A DNA stretch of 64,000 nucleotides, from contig JABAZK010000163.1 of assembly GCA_018608485.1 (NCBI GenBank), positions 39,961 through 103,960 of the forward strand, in the 5' to 3' direction. Both the position numbers and the translations under genes were made by a program. The DNA comes from Flavobacteriaceae bacterium (GTDB taxonomy: Bacteria > Bacteroidota > Bacteroidia > Flavobacteriales > Flavobacteriaceae). The notes beneath the pieces were generated by a model. That model was not told the origin of the DNA. It searched no databases and saw only the letters and a program-made list of their open reading frames with translations. The stretch's first letter is position 1; every line of letters starts with the position of its first letter. Positions 1-9,304 of this stretch are shown here, piece after piece.

Positions 1-128
1 GAATAAGGCAAAAGATGTTTGTATCTCATTCTTACGACCATAGAGTTGTTAATGGAGCATTAGGAGGAATGTTTATTAAAACATTAAAGGAAACCCTAGA
101 AGCTTGGGATTTGAATCAAGAATTTTAA
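1..128 (+). CDS. 3' end of a 2-oxo-acid dehydrogenase E2 (dihydrolipoamide acyltransferase), partial
   Basis: Frame 3 reads IRQKMFVSHSYDHRVVNGALGGMFIKTLKETLEAWDLNQEF*. DHRxxNG is the E2 catalytic motif. Stop TAA at 126-128. Confidence 0.9.
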   Translation, partial: IRQKMFVSHSYDHRVVNGALGGMFIKTLKETLEAWDLNQEF

Positions 129-142
129 TAATAAATAAATAT

Positions 143-880
143 ATGAAAAAAGTACTTATTACATTACTAGTAATTACATCATTAACAGTATCAGCTCAAG
201 AATCTGTTTTATTACGTCTCAATTATACCAAAGGAGACAGCTTCTTAGTAACTACTGAAAGCAACCAAAGCATGGGAGCCCAAGGGGGTATGAGTATGAA
301 AATGACCATGGGAATGATAGTTGCCGATGTTGAAGAAGAAATTATTAAAACAGAGTCTCAAATAACTTCTATTGTAATGGATATGATGCAAGGAGGTATG
401 ACAATGAATTATGATTCTAACAAAAGTGATGAAGAACTAGACCAGATGGGACAAATGTTAAAATCACAATTTGCACCAATGATGGAAGCGGTCATCTACA
501 ATACTTTAGATCTTCAAGGCAATATGATAGATACTAAATTAGACCCTGCGATTCCTGGGATGGAACAAATAACAAATAGGTCTATGAATACCATCAATTA
601 CCCTAAGGAAAAAGTTTCTGTTGGCTCTTCTTGGACTTCTGAAAATGAAAATCAAGGAATGAAAATGACCACAAAATACACAGTAAGTAGTATAGCAGAT
701 GGTCTTGTTACTTTAGATGTTTCAGGGGATATGAATGGGGCAGGAACCGGAACAATTAAAGGAAAAACAACTGTTGAAATTAGTTCTGGTATTTCAAATA
801 GCTCAGAAACTGAGATTACAATTGCTACTCAAGGAATGAATATTACTGGAACAACCAAGACTACGATATCAAAAATGTAA
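143..880 (+). CDS. Secreted hypothetical protein (DUF6263-like)
   Basis: ATG at 143 gives the signal peptide MKKVLITLLVITSLTVSAQ. Met/Thr-rich body with a 'YPKEKVSVGSSW' motif. Confidence 0.7.
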   Translation: MKKVLITLLVITSLTVSAQESVLLRLNYTKGDSFLVTTESNQSMGAQGGMSMKMTMGMIVADVEEEIIKTESQITSIVMDMMQGGMTMNYDSNKSDEELDQMGQMLKSQFAPMMEAVIYNTLDLQGNMIDTKLDPAIPGMEQITNRSMNTINYPKEKVSVGSSWTSENENQGMKMTTKYTVSSIADGLVTLDVSGDMNGAGTGTIKGKTTVEISSGISNSSETEITIATQGMNITGTTKTTISKM

Positions 881-905
881 TTATTTTTATATAATTTTAA
901 AAATT

Positions 906-2528
906 CTAAGCTAACATGGTCACAGGATTCTCAATATAAGCTCTTACGGTTTGTAAGAATTGTGCACCAGTAGCTCCATCTACGGTTCTATGGTCACATG
1001 CCAGTGTTACTTTCATGGTATTTCCTACCACTATTTGACCCTCTTTAACAACAGGTTTTTGCTCTATAGCACCTACAGATAAAATTGCTGAATTTGGTTG
1101 ATTGATAATTGATGTAAATTCTTGAATTCCAAACATTCCTAAATTAGAAATTGTAAACGTACTACCTTCCATCTCGTTAGGAGCAATTTTTTTATTTCTT
1201 GCTTTTCCTGCTAAATCTCTAACGTTTCCGCCAATTTGAGTTAAACTCATTTGGTCTGTAAATTTTAACACAGGAACTAAAAGCCCATCGTCTACAGCAA
1301 CTGCAACTCCAACATGAATATGATTACTATATCTAGTAGTATCTCCATTCCATGAAGTATTTACTTTAGGATGTTTTTTCAATGCCATTGCACAAGCTTT
1401 AACAACCATATCATTAAATGATACTTTAGTTTCAGGCAATGAGTTAATAGTTTTACGTGAAGCAATTGCATTGTCCATATCTAACTCAATAGTGAGGTAA
1501 TAGTGAGGTGCTGTAAATTTAGATTCTCCTAAACGTTTAGCGATTACTTTACGCATTTGTGAATTAGTAATATACTCAAAACTCTCTTCACCAACAGGTG
1601 TATAAGCAGCTAGTGGAGCAGATGACTGCTCTGGTTTGGAAACTGTAGTTGGTATTTCAGATGGAGTAGAGGACGGAGTATAATTTTCTACATCCCTTTT
1701 TACTATTCTACCGTTTTCACCTGTACCTTTTACCTCTGATAAATTAATGCCTTTATCTTTGGCAATTTTCTTAGCTAAAGGGGAGGCAAAAATTCTTCCA
1801 CCTGTATTAGCTGTTGAAGAAGTTTCAGGGGTATTTTCTATAGTTTCTATAGCTTCAACGGTTGCAGTTTTGGAGTCTATTTTTGAATTATTAGAAGTTA
1901 AATCACCCTCCTTATGAGCAGCTACAATAGATGAAACGTCTGTTCCTTTTGGACCTATGATGCTTAATAAACTATCTACTTTAGCGCTTTCTCCTTCTGC
2001 AATTCCAACATATAATAATACACCTTCATAGAAAGATTCAAATTCCATGGTAGCTTTGTCCGTTTCAATTTCAGCTAAAATATCTCCTTCTTCTACGTTA
2101 TCTCCAACATTTTTTAACCATGAAGCAACGGTTCCTTCTTCCATGGTATCACTTAGCCTTGGCATAGCAATAACATTTACTCCATCAGGAATTGATGTAG
2201 CGGCAGTTTTTGAAATTGTTTCTTCTTGAGAAGCTTCTTTTGAGTGCTCCTCTGCAATAACTCCGTTTAAAATTCCAGAAATATCTTCACCTTCATCACC
2301 TATGATGGCTAAAAGAACATCTACTGGAGATGTTTCACCCTCTTGAACTCCTATGTGTAATAAAGTACCTTCATTAAAAGATTCAAATTCCATAGTAGCC
2401 TTGTCGGTTTCTATCTCAGCAAGGATATCTCCTTCTTCTACTTTGTCACCAACTTTTTTTAACCATTTTGCTACAACACCTTCTTCCATGGTGTCGCTTA
2501 AGCGAGGCATATTTACGATTATTGCCAT
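906..2528 (-). CDS. pdhC: Pyruvate dehydrogenase E2, dihydrolipoamide acetyltransferase (two lipoyl domains)
   Basis: Two ETDKATME lipoyl motifs, the E3-binding ASPLAKKIA motif and catalytic DHRTVDG. Lies next to pdhA. Confidence 0.97.
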   Translation of the reverse strand: MAIIVNMPRLSDTMEEGVVAKWLKKVGDKVEEGDILAEIETDKATMEFESFNEGTLLHIGVQEGETSPVDVLLAIIGDEGEDISGILNGVIAEEHSKEASQEETISKTAATSIPDGVNVIAMPRLSDTMEEGTVASWLKNVGDNVEEGDILAEIETDKATMEFESFYEGVLLYVGIAEGESAKVDSLLSIIGPKGTDVSSIVAAHKEGDLTSNNSKIDSKTATVEAIETIENTPETSSTANTGGRIFASPLAKKIAKDKGINLSEVKGTGENGRIVKRDVENYTPSSTPSEIPTTVSKPEQSSAPLAAYTPVGEESFEYITNSQMRKVIAKRLGESKFTAPHYYLTIELDMDNAIASRKTINSLPETKVSFNDMVVKACAMALKKHPKVNTSWNGDTTRYSNHIHVGVAVAVDDGLLVPVLKFTDQMSLTQIGGNVRDLAGKARNKKIAPNEMEGSTFTISNLGMFGIQEFTSIINQPNSAILSVGAIEQKPVVKEGQIVVGNTMKVTLACDHRTVDGATGAQFLQTVRAYIENPVTMLA

Positions 2529-2611
2529 AAGTCTATTCCTAAATTAATTTTTTACTCTTTTCTTTATTAAAAAGCTTTTAGAGCTATTCTTTACTTGATA
2601 CTACTAGTAGA

Positions 2612-3601
2612 TTATTTAATAAAAGGATAATCTTCTTGTTCGTATACTACATCATGTAATTGACTGACTTCAGGATATGGAGATTCATCTGCAAATTTCT
2701 CACATTCTTTAACTTTGTCTTTTACTTCTTGATTTATTTTTTCAATTTCCTCTGTGGTAGCATACTTTTTATCTTTAATAATATCTAGTATTTGAGTAAT
2801 TGGATCAATTTTTTTGTATTCTGCTACTTCATCTTTTGTTCTGTAATGTTGTGCATCAGACATTGAATGCCCTCTGTAACGGTAGGTTTTCATTTCTAAA
2901 AATGTTGGACCTTCACCACGTCTTGCCCTTTGGATAGCTTCATCTACAGCTTCAGCAACTTTTATAGGATTCATTCCATCTACTGGACCACAAGGCATTT
3001 CGTATCCTAGACCTAGCTTCCAAATATCTGTATGGTTTGCAGTTCTTTCAACAGAAGTTCCCATAGCATATCCATTATTTTCAACAATAAATACTACAGG
3101 TAATTTCCAAAGCATTGCCATATTAAAAGTTTCATGAAGAGAACCTTGTCTAGCAGCACCATCCCCAAAGCAAGTCAGTGTTACTCCATCACTTCCTTTG
3201 TACTTATCACCAAACGCAATTCCTGCACCTAAAGGAATTTGACCACCTACTATTCCGTGACCTCCATAAAACCCGTGTTTTTTTGAGAAAATATGCATTG
3301 AGCCTCCCATACCTTTTGAAGTACCAGTAGCTTTTCCATATAATTCTGCCATTACTCTTTTAGGATCCTCACCCATTCCTATGGGTTGAACGTGATTTCT
3401 GTAAGCAGTAATCATTTTATCTTTCGATAAATCCATAGCATGAAGAGCACCTGCTAGAACGGCTTCTTGACCGTTATATAAATGTAGAAAACCTCTCACC
3501 TTCTGTTGGATGTAAACAGAAGCTAATTTATCTTCAAATTTTCTCCAAAACAACATGTCTTTATACCAATTAATATAGGTTTGCTTGGTAACTTTTTTCA
3601 T
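2612..3601 (-). CDS. pdhA: Pyruvate dehydrogenase E1 alpha subunit
   Basis: GFLHLYNGQEA, TPP motif GDGAARQG...NN and YRGHSMSD. Start taken at ATG 3601 (MKKVTKQ). Confidence 0.97.
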   Translation of the reverse strand: MKKVTKQTYINWYKDMLFWRKFEDKLASVYIQQKVRGFLHLYNGQEAVLAGALHAMDLSKDKMITAYRNHVQPIGMGEDPKRVMAELYGKATGTSKGMGGSMHIFSKKHGFYGGHGIVGGQIPLGAGIAFGDKYKGSDGVTLTCFGDGAARQGSLHETFNMAMLWKLPVVFIVENNGYAMGTSVERTANHTDIWKLGLGYEMPCGPVDGMNPIKVAEAVDEAIQRARRGEGPTFLEMKTYRYRGHSMSDAQHYRTKDEVAEYKKIDPITQILDIIKDKKYATTEEIEKINQEVKDKVKECEKFADESPYPEVSQLHDVVYEQEDYPFIK

Positions 3602-3732
3602 TCTTTTTATTGTTTTTTTCAAATTAGGAACCTAATAAAATTGACAGATTCTTAATACAAAAATAAATGAATTAAGTAGAATAAAAAAAGCAGGAGTGGT
3701 TAAATTAATTACAACGTTTTCGCTTCCTTTAA

Positions 3733-4398
3733 TTATTTGTCTTTTGCTATGATAACAGTGGCTTTAGCACCAGTGGCAAGGTTCCACTCATTGGATGAAA
3801 TAACATTTCCTGCATCATCATAAACTTTAAAACCAGCTGTGTTAGGTCCAGATGTTCCTTGGTTTAATGCTACAAATGCTATTTTATTAAGCCCTACTTG
3901 CAATGGCAAATCAAAACTTTGATAAGAAGATCTTAAAGTGATGTTTTTTATGATTGGAATATCATTAATTGTTATGGTAACTCTATCGCCATCTGGATAT
4001 TGAAAATCTCGACATATTATCCTAACTGAATTAGATTGGGTTCTAAAACTTCCTAAATCTTGGTCAATTTTTGGGTACGGAGCATTAATTTTCTTCCAAG
4101 ACTTTAGAAAACGTTCTTCAGATATTTTAGCAGCCGAAAGGATTCCTTTGTTTTGCAAATCATCTTCTTTTTTCTTTATGGCATCTTTTCTCTTTTTTTT
4201 ACCATAAGCTTCTTTAAAACCATTGTCGTTATTAATTTCTAATGGAGTAGGTTTTTTTAGTTTATTAGTGGGTATGGCTATAATAACTTTTTTACCAGTA
4301 ATTTTTTTATTAGAATCAACTATAGTATCAAGTTGTGCTATCATTGAGAAAGATAGTAGTAAAGAAGAAAAAGAAAAGAAGTTTTTTAGTAAACTCAA
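3733..4398 (-). CDS. Conserved-type secreted hypothetical protein
   Basis: 221-aa ORF with a signal-like N-terminus and a C-terminal DGDRV...ALNQGTSGPNTA region. Confidence 0.7.
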   Translation of the reverse strand: MSLLKNFFSFSSLLLSFSMIAQLDTIVDSNKKITGKKVIIAIPTNKLKKPTPLEINNDNGFKEAYGKKKRKDAIKKKEDDLQNKGILSAAKISEERFLKSWKKINAPYPKIDQDLGSFRTQSNSVRIICRDFQYPDGDRVTITINDIPIIKNITLRSSYQSFDLPLQVGLNKIAFVALNQGTSGPNTAGFKVYDDAGNVISSNEWNLATGAKATVIIAKDK

Positions 4399-4478
4399 AA
4401 TAGATTTTTTAATTCTAATTATGATTACAAATATAATGCCGATTAGTATGCAAGTAGTTTAGATTTTGTTAAAACTTG

Positions 4479-5147
4479 TTATTCGATATCAAAATTGAAG
4501 TAGGTGTTAGGAAATGGTTCATCAACCAATGTATAATGCCACCATTCTTTGTCATAGGGCTTGAAACCGTTTTTGATCATAATATTTCGTAAAAGCATTC
4601 TGTTTTTTTCTTGTCTACTAGATAGTTTTTTATGGAATGAATGTGATATAGCTCCAAAAAAATCATAAGAACTCCCCATGTCTATTTCTTTGTTAGTTTT
4701 TATTTCTACGATACTAAGATCTACCGAGCTTCCTCTTGTATGACCAGATTTTGATGCTATAAAACCTAATTTAAATAAGTCAGATTTACGAATTGTAGGA
4801 TAATAAGATTGTTTCATTAGTGTATCGTTTAGTTTTTTAGCCCATCTAACAAAATGATCTACAGAATGTTGAGGTCTGTATGCATCATATACTTTTAAAC
4901 TTAAACCCATCTGCTTTAGCTCAGCCTGAACTTTTTTTAAAGCATTAGCTGCAGCATTAGAAATAATTATAGTATTTTTCTTGTAGGCATCTATTTTCTT
5001 TCCAATAAAATTATTACTTGAAAAATATCTGAGTTCTTGTTGTATAGATTCATCAACTTCTGATAAATACGAAAACCCTTTTTTAAGTATTTGAGCATTC
5101 ATTTGACTACATGTTAGAAGCACAAAAAAAATAACATAGTTTTTCAT
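4479..5147 (-). CDS. D-Ala-D-Ala dipeptidase (peptidase M15D, VanX/DdpX family) with signal peptide
   Basis: YDAYRP, SGHTRGSSVD (SxHxxGxxxD) and EWWH zinc motifs. Confidence 0.92.
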   Translation of the reverse strand: MKNYVIFFVLLTCSQMNAQILKKGFSYLSEVDESIQQELRYFSSNNFIGKKIDAYKKNTIIISNAAANALKKVQAELKQMGLSLKVYDAYRPQHSVDHFVRWAKKLNDTLMKQSYYPTIRKSDLFKLGFIASKSGHTRGSSVDLSIVEIKTNKEIDMGSSYDFFGAISHSFHKKLSSRQEKNRMLLRNIMIKNGFKPYDKEWWHYTLVDEPFPNTYFNFDIE

Positions 5148-5184
5148 GTAATAAAAGTATTGAAAATATTTAATTTTGTGAATT

Positions 5185-5598
5185 ATGGAAGCATTAACAT
5201 TAACTACACCAGCACTATTATTTTCGGCAATTTCTTTAATTATGTTAGCTTATACTAACAGATTTCTAGCATACGCAGCAGTAATCAGAAATCTACATGC
5301 TGTTTATTTAGATAAAAAAGACGAATCTTTATTAAGACAGATCAAAAACTTAAAACTTAGGTTAACCTTAACCCGTTGGATGCAAATATTTGGGATAGGG
5401 AGTTTATTGTTGTGCGTTTTAACGATGTTTTTAATTTATATTGAGTACAAAATCGTAGCCATTTGGTTGTTTGGCATAGCACTTCTATTGTTAATTATTT
5501 CTTTGGCATTACTTATCAAAGAAATTCAAATTTCCTCAAAAGCTTTGGAGTATCATCTTTCAGATATAGAAGATCATTTAAAAAAAAATAAGAGCTGA
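5185..5598 (+). CDS. DUF2721-family membrane protein
   Basis: Begins TTPALLFSAISLIMLAYTNRF. Three hydrophobic helices. Confidence 0.85.
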   Translation: MEALTLTTPALLFSAISLIMLAYTNRFLAYAAVIRNLHAVYLDKKDESLLRQIKNLKLRLTLTRWMQIFGIGSLLLCVLTMFLIYIEYKIVAIWLFGIALLLLIISLALLIKEIQISSKALEYHLSDIEDHLKKNKS

Positions 5599-5620
5599 TT
5601 AATTATAGACAGCTCTTATT
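5587..5620. terminator. Hairpin between convergent genes, probable bidirectional terminator
   Basis: AATAAGAGCTG ... CAGCTCTTATT 11-bp inverted repeat. Confidence 0.7.
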
Positions 5621-5676
5621 CATTTAAATAACAAAACTAAATATTGCTTTTTTATATCGTAGTAATTATCTCATTA

Positions 5677-6453
5677 TTAATTAGAGATACTTCCTCCAGA
5701 TGATGTTTTTCTTGTTATTTTTTCTGGATTTCCTTCAAAAGATATTCCTCCTCCGCTACTAGCTTTTCCATCTATAGACTCGGATGCATGAACACTTATA
5801 CTTGCTCCACTACTTACCTTAGCAGTAACATTTTTAGATAGTAAATTATTGGCATTTATTGAGCTGCCACTAGATGCACTTGTTTCATGAATGTTGGTTT
5901 TACCTTTAATTTTCATATTTGAACCACTACTAGAACTTGATACTACGTTGTTAGCATTTACCTCTATATTGGCACTTGCGCCACTACTAGTGCTCGAAGT
6001 AAGATTAACTGCTTTAAGCTCTAGAGTTAACCTAGCGCCACTGCTAGAAACAACATTAAGATCTGTAGCTTTTAGTATAGTACTAGTTATTACATTGCTT
6101 CCACTAGAGGCTTTCAATTCTTCTAGGGTATTTACTGTTAGGTACACTTTTTTTGAAGCAGATTTCCAAATATTTTTTTCAGTGTAAATTTTTAATTTTC
6201 CATCCTCAACCTCTGTGATAATAATGTCATGTAAATTTTCATCAGCTTCTACAGTTAGTGAAACTTCACTCCCTTGGTCTATAATTAATTCTATACCTGC
6301 GCTTACTTTAACCTTAGTAAAATCCTCACTAATATCTCTATTAATAGAGATTACATTCTTATTTCCTTCAATTCTATTTAACATGTCTATTCCACAAGAA
6401 TAAAGGGTAGCTAAGAATAAGAAGGCTGTAATTTTGATCATTATTTGTTTCAT
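5677..6453 (-). CDS. Head GIN domain (DUF2807) lipoprotein
   Basis: Lipobox LYSC and repeated ASSG/SSSG beta-helix units. Last gene of the PadR-PspC operon. Confidence 0.88.
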   Translation of the reverse strand: MKQIMIKITAFLFLATLYSCGIDMLNRIEGNKNVISINRDISEDFTKVKVSAGIELIIDQGSEVSLTVEADENLHDIIITEVEDGKLKIYTEKNIWKSASKKVYLTVNTLEELKASSGSNVITSTILKATDLNVVSSSGARLTLELKAVNLTSSTSSGASANIEVNANNVVSSSSSGSNMKIKGKTNIHETSASSGSSINANNLLSKNVTAKVSSGASISVHASESIDGKASSGGGISFEGNPEKITRKTSSGGSISN

Positions 6454-6557
6454 GATTTTTTTTTTTGATAAATTTATAATTCTATTTGTATTTACCTAAA
6501 TACAGATTACCCAATTGTTGTTTTTTTTAGATGAACTGTTTAAAATGATATTTTTAA

Positions 6558-8180
6558 TTACATCACAGGTTCATTTACACAGTCTGTACAATTCAGTCCT
6601 TTTTCTGTCATTTCAAAAAAATGATTTGTTAAATCTCCATGATATAAGTTGTTACTATTTTTAGTTCGATATAAGAAGCTGAGAATACTAGTGTCTATAA
6701 ACAAAATGTTATTTTCGGGAACATATATCGTCACATATACAATTTCATCACTTGACCTATGATTTAAATGAGACAAGAAAAATGCATTTAACTTTAGAGT
6801 ACTATCTTTTATTGAATAGCTATAATCAATTTTTGTAGCATTTTCAGTAGCCTTATTTTTATTTCTTCCTTCTGAGACTTTTCTTATTTCAAATATAAAT
6901 TCTTCAGTATTACTTTTTTCTACAGATACTTTTACGTTGGTAGCATAAATTTTTTTAACACCATTATCCTCTACTTTTATTCTCTTAGTACTTCTTCTTA
7001 ATTTATCTTGATAATAAAGTTCATCATCATTAACCATTTTTAAAAGCAAGGTGTCTTTAGAGGTTAAATTTAGCGGATAAGTTTCAATTTTGGTTCCATT
7101 ATATGCATCAGATGTGCCTATATCTATTCCTGCAAAAAGAACTGTTAATAGTGCTACAATCCAGATACCTAGTAATGACAAAGACACCGTTTTGCTAAGT
7201 TGTTTTATGTTACTTGAAATGATCCTAAGACCAAGTATAAAAAGAATCAAAAAAGGAAATCCAATTAAAATAAAAATGCAAATAGTTAGTATCCAGTATG
7301 GTATGATTGAATCATATACGAAATTGGGGAGGTTTATAAGATCTCCACCATACCCTAATAATTCAAAACTTCCTAAAGAGAAAACTCCAAAGAAAATAGA
7401 GATTAAAATAATTGCAGAAAAAACAACTATAATAATACCTATAAATTTTCCTATTACATTAAATACAACAGTAATAATACTTCCAATGATATTAAGTAAC
7501 TCTTCTAAGCCAGAGGTGGTACTCTTTCTATTTCTTTGAAACCCATCGGCTACTTTTTTTTTTACATTATTAGCGCCATCCTCAATGGTTTCTTTGATAG
7601 AACTGAACTCTTCTCTAATTTTTTTTTCAATATTATCAATAGTTACGCGCTCTCCCTCCATTTGAAGCTTTTCTGCAGTTGTTTTTGCCTCCGGAGTAAC
7701 AATCCATAATATAATGTAGGCAATAAGACCCATCCCAGAAAAAATAGTTAATAAGATAAATGCTATTCGAATCCAAACCACATCAAGATCCAAATAATGA
7801 GCAATTCCTGCTGAAACACCACTTATTAATCTATTTTCACGATCTCTAAATAATTTTTTAGAATTGCTTTTGCTGTTGTTAGATTTAGACTGAGTTTTTT
7901 GGAAGCTTTCATCACTATCTGAGTAATCTTCTGGCTCTCCCATTATTTTTATAATATGATGAATGTCTAGTTCATTAACTACTTGACGAGTTTCTGTAAT
8001 TTTTTCACATAATAACTCACAAATTCGTGCCTCTATATCAGCAATAATTTCATTTTTACCCTCTGGATCGTCACTTAAAGATTTAGCAATGGCGTCTAAA
8101 TACTTTCTTAATTTTTGGTAGGCGGTTTCGTCTATGTGAAAAAAATATCCTCCTAAATTTATATTGATAGTCTTATTCAT
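6558..8180 (-). CDS. PspC domain-containing membrane protein
   Basis: MNKTININLGG N-terminus and PspC motif KLFRDRENRLISGVSAGIAHY...AYIILWIVTP. Confidence 0.93.
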   Translation of the reverse strand: MNKTININLGGYFFHIDETAYQKLRKYLDAIAKSLSDDPEGKNEIIADIEARICELLCEKITETRQVVNELDIHHIIKIMGEPEDYSDSDESFQKTQSKSNNSKSNSKKLFRDRENRLISGVSAGIAHYLDLDVVWIRIAFILLTIFSGMGLIAYIILWIVTPEAKTTAEKLQMEGERVTIDNIEKKIREEFSSIKETIEDGANNVKKKVADGFQRNRKSTTSGLEELLNIIGSIITVVFNVIGKFIGIIIVVFSAIILISIFFGVFSLGSFELLGYGGDLINLPNFVYDSIIPYWILTICIFILIGFPFLILFILGLRIISSNIKQLSKTVSLSLLGIWIVALLTVLFAGIDIGTSDAYNGTKIETYPLNLTSKDTLLLKMVNDDELYYQDKLRRSTKRIKVEDNGVKKIYATNVKVSVEKSNTEEFIFEIRKVSEGRNKNKATENATKIDYSYSIKDSTLKLNAFFLSHLNHRSSDEIVYVTIYVPENNILFIDTSILSFLYRTKNSNNLYHGDLTNHFFEMTEKGLNCTDCVNEPVM

Positions 8181-8509
8181 TTTTTATTATTTGTTATTTG
8201 GTTTACGGCAACCATTAAATTATTCCAGGTTGTATCTAACTCTTTTAAAAAAAGTTTCCCACTTTCTGATAATACATAGTATTTTCTTGGTGGACCAGAA
8301 CTGGATTCTTCCCATCGATAGGATAATAAACCAGAATTTTTTAGCCTAGTGAGTAAAGGGTATATGGTTCCTTCTACAACAATCATTTCTGCACTTTTAA
8401 GTGTAGATATAATTTCAGAAGTATAGGCATCTCCGTGTTGTAAAATAGACAAAATACAATATTCTAATACTCCTTTTCGCATTTGGGCTTTCGTGTTTTC
8501 TATCTTCAT
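8177..8509 (-). CDS. PadR-family transcriptional regulator
   Basis: QMRKGVLEYCIL, EGTIYPLLTRL and GPPRKYY motifs. Overlaps the pspC start by 4 nt. Confidence 0.95.
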   Translation of the reverse strand: MKIENTKAQMRKGVLEYCILSILQHGDAYTSEIISTLKSAEMIVVEGTIYPLLTRLKNSGLLSYRWEESSSGPPRKYYVLSESGKLFLKELDTTWNNLMVAVNQITNNKK

Positions 8510-8549
8510 AAATGCAGTATAATTTTATATTATATAAGGTTTCTTCATG

Positions 8550-8598
8550 CAAATATATGGTAAAAGATAGTATTATGCAAAACATAGTACTATGCAAA
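8550..8598 (-). promoter_or_regulatory. padR promoter (TTTG-N20-TATATTTG) overlapped by a palindromic operator
   Basis: -7 element at 8550-8557 and -33 element at 8578-8581. Inverted repeat TAGTATTATG-caaaa-CATAGTACTA at 8568-8592. Confidence 0.7.
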
Positions 8599-8726
8599 TT
8601 CATGAAATAAAATGTCCCCATAAATTAGGAGGGATAAATTTCCCTATTTGTGGGGATTGATTTAGTTGTTAAATATTCTCAATTTGTGATTGATTAAAAA
8701 ACATGAACTAATCTAAACTAATATTT

Positions 8727-9128
8727 ATGTTATCAATTGAAGAATGCAAACTAGCCATCAATAAATGGGGAAAATCAAGAGGTAATTTTGAAGAGGTGAA
8801 AAAACAATTAATCTCTGCAGTTGAGTCTGTTCATGAATATGGAATATACTTCACAAAAGTTGATCAAGAAATACTTGTTAACTATAAGGGGAATTCAAAA
8901 AGATCTATTTTTATTAATAATGAAGATTTATCTAAAAGAGAAATAGAGGTTTTAAAGCTAATATGTGATGAATATACTAGTCAAGAGATTGCAGATAAAT
9001 TATTCATAAGTAAACGAACTGTAGAGGGTCATAGGCAAAAAGTAATTGATAAAATTGGTGCGAAAAATACAGTTGGCTTGGTTGTATATGCCATAACTAA
9101 TAAACTATATACTTTGCCAGACTTTTAA
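8727..9128 (+). CDS. LuxR/NarL-type HTH regulator lacking most of the receiver domain
   Basis: LSKREIEVLKLICDEYTSQEIADKLFISKRTVEGHR HTH. Only ~65 aa precede it, with no phospho-acceptor pocket. Confidence 0.8.
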   Translation: MLSIEECKLAINKWGKSRGNFEEVKKQLISAVESVHEYGIYFTKVDQEILVNYKGNSKRSIFINNEDLSKREIEVLKLICDEYTSQEIADKLFISKRTVEGHRQKVIDKIGAKNTVGLVVYAITNKLYTLPDF

Positions 9129-9304
9129 CAAAACTAACTATTGTGAAAATATTTTTTTTAGGCTACACTAAATTTGAACTTTAGAAATTGATATAGAAGA
9201 AGTCTCATGGATTTTTTATTTATTATATTTTCATTCTAGAAAGTATTGTAACTTTTTTTTCATACTTTTCTAAATAAATTGATTGATAAATACCTTAAAA
9301 AACT

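Noticed and set aside
2047-2547. Two similar plus-strand ORFs and a repeated DNA segment
   Set aside because: These are antisense shadows of the duplicated lipoyl domains of pdhC, not a repeat element.
4479-5147. VanX-like gene as evidence of a vancomycin-resistance cluster
   Set aside because: No vanA/vanH/vanRS nearby. Solitary M15D dipeptidases with signal peptides are ordinary.
5700-6100. Recurring CCACTACT/CCACTAG motifs resembling an array
   Set aside because: They encode the SSG repeats of the GIN beta-helix. Spacing is codon-based and they are not CRISPR repeats.
9159-9263. Minus-strand MKKKLQYFLE* followed by an open stretch (possible readthrough or pseudogene)
   Set aside because: Very short, no recognisable similarity, and expected by chance in AT-rich DNA.
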